Source: Psammoneis japonica (lineage: Eukaryota). Taken from it: DNA of 64,000 bases. Position 1 is the first letter of the stretch. Each line of letters opens with the position of its first letter. The notes under the pieces were generated by a model, which made no database searches, had not been told where the DNA came from, and saw only the letters and a program-made list of their open reading frames with translations. Both the position numbers and the translations under genes were made by a program. This document shows positions 12,590-23,075 of this stretch, in pieces. The stretch lies in the NCBI GenBank assembly GCA_008632985.1, contig QPGO01000059.1, forward strand, positions 62,001 through 126,000, read 5' to 3'.

Positions 12590-13400
12590 ACTTTGGGCCC
12601 CCTTGCTCAACTGTGCCGCTCCTCCACACGGACGTCCACCTTGAACCCCTTAATTTGCTTCCTTCTCGGCCCCTCCTTCGCCCTGCCGACATTGGCACAT
12701 CCGCCCCTCCTGCTCCCGCCTCCCCCTCGGCCCCTTCCCGCCACCACTCCATCGCGGTCGATGTCAACGCACCCCAAGCTCCTTCTCGCCCTCCCCCTGC
12801 TGGTGTGCCTGCTCCTTCTTCCCCTGAATTAACTGGGCACACCACACGAGCGCGAGGCTGAAGTTGCTTGGCCCTCCTTCCTCCTCCTCTGCTGATGGCG
12901 GCTCCCTTGTTGTTTCTTCGCTCAACAATGACGGCATCTTCCTTCTCCATTTCACCATTGATCACCTTGGTGGCCTTGGCTTCTTTGCTCAATGCCTCCT
13001 CTTTGGCTCTGCACTCACATCCGTCCGGTCTCAACCCAAGCCACCTTGGTCCTCTCCCTCTGACTTTCGGCACTCTGATCCTTCCTGCTCTGCCTTTCTC
13101 TGTGCCTTGTCCTCTCCGTCTGCTCTCCTTCCATTGGCTGATTCTGCATGGCATTGCCTGTCCTTTGACCACTTTGGCAGCACCTTCCGCACTGCCTCTC
13201 CATCCCAATGGGCTCTTCAGGCTCTCAGCTGTTGCAACACAGTTCTCCATCTCTCTGTGCATGCCCTCCGCTTTGCCTCGACTCTTCCTGCACCTGCGCT
13301 CCCTGTCCCTTTGACCAAACACCCCATGTCCACTGCATTTGCTCTGTTCCATTCTGCCATCACTGCAGCTGCTGCCGTGCCTCCTTCTGCTGTTCCCTTC
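12590..13400 (+). mobile_element. 3' fragment of a CRE-like non-LTR retrotransposon (restriction-like endonuclease domain), decayed
   Basis: VHLEPLNLLPSRPLLRPADIG...IAVDV (PD..D), HHTSARLKL, and FTIDHLGGLG..A..LLFG. A second copy lies at 18325-18660. Confidence 0.7.
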
Positions 13401-15429
13401 CATTCTTTACAGGCTCTTCACAACTGTGTGCTTGAAACTCAATTTCCGATCTGCCACGACAGCAAAAAGCAACGACATCATGTTTTTTCTTAGACACAGT
13501 TTTTTGACAACATTCAATCTGTTGCTGTCATCCCTCCTCACACAGAGGTGCAGACTCTGGCCCACAGCAGGAGCAGCAGCACTGCTCAAACAAGAGGCTG
13601 CCTCCTGGCCACCTTGTTTGTTGGCACGCCAAACCCAGGAAATGTGCGCAAGTCAGCTTTGTTGCCACTCACCCTGTCTTCAGGCATCCCTTCATCATGA
13701 CATTGGCAGTGGGAGGCACTGGAGAAGTGCTTTGGGGCATTTCTTCTTTTCTTGTGTGCAAACTCATCGCCCCTTTTCAGTTTCAAAAAGTTGTCAAAAA
13801 GGGGCTGTGTGGGCAAAAAAAGCGCTGTCCTTTGTGCCACGCCATTTTTCCATTTTGTGAAAAAAGGGCTGGCTCAAGAGTGGTGAGAACTGGAGCATGC
13901 CACAGAGCCCTGAAAGCTTGACAAGCAAGCCCTTGTGCTGCCCACCGCCTTGTGCCTTCACTTCTTTTCAAGGTCAACAGGCCTTTGCAATGGCCCCCAA
14001 CTTGAGACTTCAAATGGCTTCATCTGCAAGCCATGTGGCAGCACTTGTTTGTCAAAACAGCTTGAGATTTGGAAGAAGCACTCAGGCCAAGAACACTTTG
14101 CCATGATGAAAAGTTGTCAAGGCTCAGGTCACCCCTGCTTTTGTCTCTGACCACATCTGCTGCCTCTGAGGGTCAGACACCACCAACCTGCAAGCCAACC
14201 AAATGCCACACAGCTGGCAACAAATGACAACTCTGCCTGCAAGAAAGGCACTCACCTCAGATGGGGCATTGCAGAGCTCAGCTTGACAGGGCCTCAAAAC
14301 CTGGCAAGTTGCTTTTCACCCCCTGCCAAGACACAGGAGCACATGCCACAACATTGACAGCACTTTTCACTTGCAATGCAGCTGCCATGTGCTGTGTGCA
14401 CACCCAATGCTGTGCTGGCAGCAGTTGCTGTGCACCTTGCACATCCACTTGTCAAATGTGCTCTGCGGCATTTGGCACACACACAAGCATCATTGCACTG
14501 CTGCCTGCTGTCCCTGAATGCTTGCCAAATTGCCAGCTCTGGCTTGAGCAATTCTGAGGCTTGATGCTGAATTTTTTTGACAACAAAGGTGCCACTTTTT
14601 GGGAGGGCATTTTTGCAATCAGGTGCAGCACAGCAGCTTTTAATCTGAAGCACATTTTTTGTTGTTTTGGCTCTGTGGCATGTCTGCCTCAACCAATGTC
14701 ACACAACTGATTTCACAAGCTTTCCTTCTGATTGCTTCATTTGGGTTTTCCTCTGCCACCCTGGCCTCCCCTTCATGTTGATGCTGTTCCTTTGTCTCGG
14801 CATTGTTGCCCCACCCACTTTGAGCATTGCTGGGGTGTGAGGTTGAGACTGACTGTGAAGGCTGCATTTGGGGGGGGCTTTTGCAGAGCCGGTGTTTTGC
14901 ACCATTTTGCAGCACAGCAGTTTTCAAGCCAAGCTGCTTGCTTTTCATTTTGTGCACGCATGACCACTCAGCTCAGTCTTCTGTTTGGGCACAAGATTTG
15001 TTGACTGTGAAGGCACCAAAGCCAGTGGTTGATTGCCAGCAGTTTGGCAACCTTGGGAAAACTTGCTTGACCTGACTTTCCTTCCACATCTGAGCCCAGC
15101 AATGCTTCCTGATCAAGCATTGCCAGCAGGAGTCAAATTTGTTGAGGTGCTTTGCCACATTTGAGTGCAGGCTTGGCAATGTGGGCATCACATTTTTAGA
15201 GCTCCTGAGTTGACAGAACTTTTTTCCATGCAAAACTTTAGAGCTTTCAGCTGAATGAGTTGGCTCCCATTGGCTGGAAGTCAGAGAGATGCCTGTCATC
15301 ACCATGCACAAGTGCAGCAGCTTCTCTCTGCTGCAGCCAGTGCTGGGCTGAGAGAGCCTGCTTGTCACAGGGCTTCCTGCCCTGTCATCTCTGCTGACTG
15401 GAAGGATTGTGCCACCCTTGCTGTGCACA

Positions 15430-16230
15430 GTTTCTTGGCATGCCTCACACGGCTGTCAATGTTCAAGGGACAACCATTTGCTTCCTTGGCTTCTTTGACA
15501 AAATCACCAAGAACTTCAAGACTGAATGAAGGGACAAAAGGATGAGATGATTGTGAAGGTGAGAAAGAAACTGCTTTTGGAAACACAGGAAACAAGAACA
15601 TGTGTTCTTGACAACAGACTCAGCTCCAGCTGAGAGCCCAGCTCATTGTGTGAAAATTGACCATGGCTTCATTGTTGGCACAAAGATGAGTCACCACTCA
15701 AATGGGTGGACCTTCAAGCAAGCAGCACAGTTGCCTGAGTAAAATCATGCTTGGCACACTCATTGCAAACACCATGAAAATTGGTGGGGAGACCATCAGC
15801 AGCAGCAAGAGCCACAGCCACTCAGGATCCTGTCACCTGTCACAAGGGGCAGAGAAGGCTGTGCAGCTTAAAAGTTTTGTTCAATGGTGCACACATGCTG
15901 AGCCAAAGGAGTTGCACCTCTTGGAGAAGAATTTTGCATTGTGCTCAGTGCAATTGACAAGTCTTCTCCCAAGCACTCCTTGTTTTGACAAGACGGCATC
16001 CATTGGCAGCTTTCATGGAGCAGCCGCTGTTGTTGACCACCACCCAAATGTGCAAAGGAGAGAATGCATTTTTTTGTCATGGCACCTCTGAGTCCATGAG
16101 CAAACCCTTGATGTTGGAGTTTCTTGACCTCATTTTGGCCGACTGTGTTGGCAGGTGCAGGAACAACTTTGCTGGATCTAGCCAGAAGAATGTGACAATG
16201 TCATTTCCGGTTGAGTGATCCAGCTGTGAG
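15430..16230 (-). pseudogene. Mutated vWA-like paralogue (third copy) inside block A
   Basis: Remnants [46 protein letters not shown] and SLEVLGDFVKEAKE. Internal deletion and stops; intron remnant at about 15522-15620. Confidence 0.85.
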
Positions 16231-16673
16231 TTCTTGCCATGTGCAATTTTTATGATGGTTCCTCTGATTCCTCTGCTCTTTTCATTCATTGCTGGCGGTT
16301 GCTGGACAAAAAGGAAAAAGGTGATCAAGCCATGGATGAAAGTCCCCCCCCCCCCCTCCACTTTCCTCCACGACAGCCACCTGACTCTGCGTGGAGGGCA
16401 GGCAGCAGGCAGACAATGCAGAACATGCTCGCGATCGCTGCCACCATGGGAGGTGCTCCTGCCTCATTCTCGTTGATCTGGAACACAGCATCCGGTTCGG
16501 TTGATGGTGTAGGCTCTAGTGATGCTCTGTCTAGTCTCCTTGTAGTTGACATGCTGCGTATATTCAGTGCCTTTCAAAACGTTTATATTTTAAAGATGCA
16601 TTAAAGTAAATACAATCAAAATTATGAAAGCTTCACAAACATGATGTCCCGGAATAAAGCATGGTATACTGCG

Positions 16674-17991
16674 TTACCAAAACCAGTGCCGTTTTCCATA
16701 TACCTTATCGAGCTTTTTCATATCAACAATGGGCTCCACTCTCTTGGTGATTGGGTTCCATTGTTTCTTTTCCTTGCTCACCATTTCGCCGACGCCTTGT
16801 GAAATCCCTTCCAATCGGCTTGGGCGTCAGGGACGGCGTCAAAGTTCTCGCGACCAAACAATATAAAAAAGAGGTCCGGAGCTCGTCTACCGTGAGCTGG
16901 CGTTCGTCGAGCAAGTCAAATAGTCGATTGTGATATCCGAGCTCTCGGCAGCGATGCAGCGGAAGAGTGTAGTTGAGCCACTTGTTGTTTTCGTACACTT
17001 CCTTGGCTTCACCAACAAAGTCGTCAAGTACTTCAAGACTGAGTTCAAGTTGGTTGTCCAAATCATTGTAGAAGTCAACTACATCGTCTTCGTCTGTACA
17101 AAGTCGCACTACTACCCAAACGGCAGCCCCTCGAGTGAGCGGAGCGCCTGGACAAATTCACGTTTGGTACTCTCGCTGCAGATACCATTGTAATCTGTGG
17201 GAAGGCCATCTGTGGCCAACACAATAACTACACGAGTTCCATCCCTCACCAAAGAAGGCTGAAGTGCAGCCACGTTGGCTCGAATCTCACGAACATGCTG
17301 TGCTAGTGGCGTAACGCCTCGTGGCGACGAGTTTTGCATTGTCTGCAACGCTACCGACAAGTCGTGATCCACATCTGGACCTTCGGCAATACTAAATTGT
17401 TGCGGTCCATTTTGTCTGCCAGGATCATTCAGCATGCGAAAGACGGTGGGTGCCTGCAACACAGCAGCCATTTGAGCGTGATATGTGACGGTCTCTTGAA
17501 TTTCTCGCCATCGAGTGCAGCCCACAAATTTGACCTGATCCTTTTTCCCTTCTACAATTCGATGACCATCGTTTCGAGACATCGATCCGCTATTGTCCAC
17601 CACCCAAATGCGGAGTGGAAACGCTGCGTTATTTCGTGTCATGGCCTGTGCGAGACCTGAAGAAATTTTTAAAAAAAATCGGAGCATGAGAGAAAGTTCA
17701 AAAAGCCAGTTCAAGGAGTACGACAACAGTTTTACAGCAAACATTTAGCTTCTATGAACTGAAAGCGTCATGAGTATCCACAGTCACCGATATTGAATCA
17801 CGAATGAGAATACATACCTCGTGTAAAGCCCTTGCGCTCGAGTGTTTTAATGTGTCGCTATTGAGTACTTTTGATTTTTCCTGTGGCAATAGCACTTGAC
17901 TACTTCTACCAGTGCTTACGAGACCTGGTCGCGGTGCCGTTGGAGGAGGTGGGGCGACGGGTGTCACGTTGTAATCGTATTGGGTTGCCAT
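16674..17991 (-). CDS. vWA-like domain protein, paralogue 2
   Basis: [25 protein letters not shown] and RLCTDEDD motifs. Intron at about 17658-17817. Ends [14 protein letters not shown]. Confidence 0.85.
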
Positions 17992-18324
17992 TGTCGTTGT
18001 GCTGTTGTTTACTTTCTGTTTTTTGTGTCATCGCCGTTGCGTTCGTCGCTCTCGCCAATGGCGGGATTCGCATCGCTCAGTACAAGAAGCACGCGGCAAA
18101 TCGTGTATGTATATTTAATACTGAGATAGCTGTAGGATTACATATGCACGACTCGACTCGATCGGTATGTTTCTACGCAGTATGTCAAACGCGTGGAACA
18201 CAACGGAAGATTCGACTCGTGACTCATTACGTCACGGCTTCCGGTAAAATCGGCATTGAGATCGCAGGTTTTTTTTTGTCAATGTCGCTCACTGCAGCGC
18301 ATGGCTCCACTGCTAGAGAGTAGA

Positions 18325-18660
18325 AACCTCCCTGGTCTTCTCCCTCTGACTTCCGACACTCTGATGCTTCCTGCTCCACCTTCCTTCATGCCTTGTCCTC
18401 TCCGTCTGCTCTTCTTCCATCGGCTGACTCCGCATGGCAACGCCTGTCCTCCAACCGCTTTGGCAGCACTTGCCGCACTGCTTCTCTCTCCCAATGGGCT
18501 CTTCAGGCCCTCAGCTGCAATGTGGTCCTCCATCTTTCTGTGCATGCCCTTTGGTTTACCTCCACTCTTCCTGCCCCTGTGCCCCCTGTCCCTTCGACCA
18601 AACGTCATGCTTCTGCCGTTTTTGCCCCGTTCCCCACTCTGCCGCCACTGCGGCCAATGA
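18325..18660 (+). mobile_element. Second, shorter copy of the CRE-like retrotransposon 3' fragment
   Basis: Collinear with about 13045-13385 (ctccctctgactt...tcccaatgggctcttcagg...ctgtgcatgccct). Confidence 0.75.
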
Positions 18661-19632
18661 TGGACAATGTTTTGGCCTCCTCACACCACAGAAAACAAGC
18701 ACCAGTCATTGACTCTCACACCAACCGCAACAGTGTGCACTTTTTGTTTGCAAGCTCCTGTTTAAAAAAAATCCAAACTCCCAGTTTAAAAGCCACACAC
18801 CCAAATCTCTTGCTGCTTTTCAACAACTGTGGCTGACCTGGCAGTTGGGGCGATGATGGGTCGAATGGTTTTTGGCCTGCTGCCAAAAATTTTGTGCAGA
18901 GAGAGGCACTCCAGGATGACTTGCTGGAAGAACATTTTCTGCTGAGAGCCAGCTTTCTGCCAGCTTTGTTGAAATCAGAAATGCCACAAAAACACACTGT
19001 GGGCATTGCCGCGTGCAATGAAAGTTGTGCCTCTCCTGTGATGCTTTCTCCATGCATGCACATTGCACTCGCCTTTGTCTGTTGCCGTGGCTGCCAGCGG
19101 CAGCAGCACACTTGGGTCAGGCTGGCAGCAACAGCAGCAGATGGCAGCACAAAAAATGCAAAGAAATCTTCACACAGACAGACTGCCGCTGTGGCCACTC
19201 TTGCTGGAGGGTGGTGACTCCCAAAAATTCTGGCTCATCTCCAACCAGCCATTGAGCTGTTTCTCAACAAGAGTGCTGTTTTGGACAAAACACTCATTTT
19301 TAAAAACAGACAACTAAATGATGAAGCACAAAAAGCAAGAGTGCTTGTGTGTGCACAAATCAGAGGAAATCAAGGGGTGGCATGTTGAAAAATGGTGCTT
19401 GAAAAGAAATCTGTGCACCAGGGTTGGAATGCAGAGCTCTGCAGCAAGAAGAGAGGTCATTGGTGCTGGTCAAAATCCTTGTCCAACATGAGTGGAGAGT
19501 GCACCCCCCGCATTTGGGAGTGCCAAGGGTCTCAGCAAATGCAGACAATTTTGTGTTGCACAGAAATCTGCATGATGGGGAGCAAATGATGTGTTTTCAC
19601 ACTGAACAGCTTCTTGCACAACCTCCTCCAAC

Positions 19633-19652
19633 CTCTCTCTCTCTCTCTCTCT
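19633..19652. repeat. (CT)n microsatellite
   Basis: ctctctctctctctctctct. Confidence 0.85.
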
Positions 19653-20649
19653 CCCCAGCCAGATTTCAAGATTTTTTTGCAAATGTCAAGCCACTTGGAG
19701 CCACTTAAAAAACACTTGCTTTTGCCACAAGAGGGAAAATGGCAGCTGGGTTTCATTTTTCACATTGTTTGGATGAGAGTTTGATGTGTGACAAATTTTC
19801 TGCATTGACAAGGTCGTGCATTGGCCTCATTGCTTCTCCACTGCTTTGGCGCCCTTTGCTGCAGTCACGCAGGTTTCCCTCGCATCATCAACACACGACC
19901 AAAAACTGCAGTGCACCAAGAATTGGCTGTCAACTTGCAGCATGTTTGTTTCATGTGGCTGGAGGCAAGCCACCACAATCTGGTGTGTGAGTTTGAACAA
20001 GCTGGGTGCATGCAGAATTTTGAAATGGGCTGATTCAGTGAAGTTTGTTCTCATGAACAAATCATCTCTTTGCATGAATGAGCAACTGCCAAGGATGACT
20101 TTGCAGCAGCATTGACCAGGAGAGTTGTCCAATGTTGTTGATTCTCCAACTGGACAAGCAAGAAGGCTGCACTTTCCTGCTTGGGCTGGCACCACTTGAG
20201 AGTTGGATGTTGTTGCTGACAAGAGTTGATGATCCATTGCACACCCATGTGTCCTTCTTGCAAAGTGGATCGTTTTCCCACAGGCTCCAGTGGTCTCTGA
20301 AATCACCCATGAAAGCAATGTTTGGACATCCACAGGGCTTGTGTCTCGTGAAGTTTTTCCAAGTCCTTTTGCCACGCAATCATGGCGAAGAGGAACTGCT
20401 GGACAGCTCATGCATTCCGAGTGCTGGGAGTGATGCGGAAAGCGAAGACGCGCGTCCTTTTCGTTCAAAGCCCAACAGCATTTGGATTCGCACCGTCATC
20501 GCCGCTGATGCAATTTCTCAAATTTCCTTTCCAAACAACTAAATTGGCAGAGGGAAAGAAGCTGTGTCGCATTGTAGGAAATCGTGTCCGCGTGACAAAG
20601 GGTTTTTTCTTTCATGGTGAGGCTTGTTAATTTTATATGGTGTGTGGAA

Positions 20650-21318
20650 GCACCTTTGTTAAATCATAATATCCGCTTTGTAACAAAATGGGCCACCCGA
20701 CAAAGCTCGAATATTTGCAGCCTTCGCTGAGTTCGGCCTTCTCCCTTTTCTTGTTACGTGCATGTCGTACAAGCATTCTTCTCCAACAGCCAAATTCGGA
20801 GTCGATTCTTTCTTCGTAGTCGTAGTTTGGACAGCATGTAGGCTGAACCATACTTCTTCTCGAGTTTTCTTGTCCAGGATAAATCCAAATCCTTTGTGGC
20901 GGACAAATTTAGAGATAACGCCAACATTGTCGCAAGACAATACCGTTGGTCCAATGTCCCATTTTTCCGTTCAATGTCTGCTTGGAGTTGATCCAATCCC
21001 AGATATTTCGCCAAGGCATACAAGTCTCGCGATCTCCCCCCAATGGGAGAGACGAAAGGGACTGAATCAAACCCATGCATAAACCAAAGAATGACGAAGT
21101 CAAAAAGTGGAGCTAGCTTGGGCTGATCAATCGTTAGATTCGGCTCCACTCAACCCTTCTTTGCTTCCCAAAACCATGAGAGACAACGCAGACCCTCTAC
21201 CTTTGCCCTCTAGCCAACGTTTCAAAATCTTCTTTTCTTCGCCATTAACGGAGATGACAAGGACTTCATCTTCTTGTATCCCCTCCTTCAAACACCACTG
21301 CTTGAACGCGTCTTCCAT
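20650..21318 (-). CDS. BTB/POZ-like + cold-shock (OB-fold) domain protein, frameshifted
   Basis: VISVNGEE...LFDFVILW...LYALAKYLGLDQL, then GVISKFVRHKGFGFILDKKTREEVWFSLHAV (RNP1/RNP2-like). Confidence 0.65.
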
Positions 21319-22209
21319 CTTGATTCGGCGCTAAATTGCGTGCTTGAAGACGAGACAACAGGTTCAGAATAAAGAGGATACTGGAAAGATAATAATACCG
21401 GCACTAGTACCAAATTTCAGGTTTTGAGGGGAAGGCGGCAAGAAGGTCGCGGGTAGGTCCAAGACTGACGCACGTGGTCTGGTCGCCAACGAAACAAAGG
21501 TTGGAGTGGGTATCTTGAATGTCGAAGACTGTAGTTACGGCGCAAGCGATCGGCTCCCATATCGAGGCACGAGTGCAAAGCACCGAAACCCGGAAAGATA
21601 CCAAACCTAGCTAGGCGTACGGCAGGGAAATTGATCGAGCAAGAGAGGACGTCGGCTTTCTAAAATCCAAGCTTGTAAATCCAACGGAAGTAAACCTGGA
21701 AAAGCGTTTTGCGGCGAGAGGTTTTGCCACGGATCCAGCTTGAGCAGAAGAAGCCACTTGTAGGGGCGAATGAGACAGATGCATTGTCAATCTCTAAAGG
21801 ATCGAGGCCATCGTCTCTCTGAAGTTGTAGTTGTGACGCGGTTTACAAGCGCCAAAGGGACGAGTAGGGATGCAATCTCCAGAGCTCAATATTCCTGATG
21901 TGCATTCGTTGGTAGATATCCTGTACAGTTGAACTTAGCCTTGGCAATTCTCCTCTAGAGACAGAATTCAACTTTGTGGTATTCGGGAAGGAGAGAGTCT
22001 TGCTGGAATGCCTAAACCGAGGAGCTGAAGGCACGGTATCCGGAAAAAAGAAAGAAGCTTCATCTTTCAATACAATGTAATGCACCCCGAACGTTGTGTA
22101 CACCTTCGAATCGAATCTTCAGAACTTTCCCTCTCGAGGCGGAGCTTCTGTTGAAAAGCGGATTACAATTCAAAATAGAATGACGAAAGGGATGTTCTTC
22201 ACTCGCAAT

Positions 22210-22563
22210 CTAGGATTCACCTTCTTCACTCTCTTCATCACTACTACTACTACTCGCCATGAGTGCAGATTCCAAACGCGCCAAGGCTTCTGGTTTCTTT
22301 TTCGCCGGCTTGACCGGCGTTGGTGGTTTCTGCCGAGCTAGTTGAAGCGCTTGTTCGAGAGATTGTTCTTCTTCAACCAAGCTATCCAACAGCTTTTGAA
22401 GCGCCTGCTCCTCTGAATCTAATTTTTCGTATTCGTCATCCAATCGTTCCAGGGCTTGTTGTGCTTTAGTTGCCGTGGTCTCCAATGCAACCGTGTCGAC
22501 TTTTTGGGTTTTCGTTTTCGGCATGTCGGCAGTATCACCAGTGAGTCTTGTCAGTCTCGACAC
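22210..22563 (-). CDS. Small coiled-coil hypothetical protein
   Basis: Acidic heptad-rich ORF; likely start MPKTKTQK. Confidence 0.55.
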   Translation of the reverse strand: MSRLTRLTGDTADMPKTKTQKVDTVALETTATKAQQALERLDDEYEKLDSEEQALQKLLDSLVEEEQSLEQALQLARQKPPTPVKPAKKKPEALARLESALMASSSSSDEESEEGES

Positions 22564-23075
22564 GTGTACATAAATAATGCGAGCAGAAGGATAAAAAAGA
22601 GGGACGACTCGCTGAATGATGCATGCGTTGTTGGCTCCAGCATACCGTAGGGCCCTACCGGTAGGCTAGCGAATGATTTGACTTGACGCGTGCGCGGTGG
22701 TGCTTGTGCCGATCGTCAGCCGGCGGCCATGCTTTTCTGGTGCAAGCCAGACATTTTGAGACATTTTTCTAAATGATGGGGTCATAATTCTCATGATTTG
22801 ATAAACAAGCGAATTACATCCGTGTAAACAATACGCTATTTAATTAAAATGTTCTTTTTATTGTCCTGTTGTAGCTGACAAGAAAGACCGATGAGCTCAA
22901 CGGACGCTTTTCTACGTGTTTCTTCGTACAAACTGAACGTGATTTTTTGCTGGCATAAATATCTTTATCTCAGTCATAAAGCCCTTTTTGTGGTGTCTCC
23001 GTCTCATTTTTGTTGGATTTTCGGTCACACAGTTTCATTGCTTGCACCATCCTGCAAGGAACAAAGGGGGAGACA

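Larger units (their letters stand above)
12590..16500. other. CpG- and TpA-depleted, TpG/CpA-rich block A (decayed repeats)
   Basis: Almost no TA; CG fades inward; six-frame ORFs nearly lack Tyr and are rich in Cys/His/Gln. Confidence 0.9.
18325..20630. other. CpG/TpA-depleted block B
   Basis: Same signature as block A; residual TA mostly in tttaaa/ctaa contexts. Confidence 0.9.

Noticed and set aside
21340..22140. Possible degenerate gene between the CSD and coiled-coil genes
   Set aside because: Only short ORFs with no recognisable motif.
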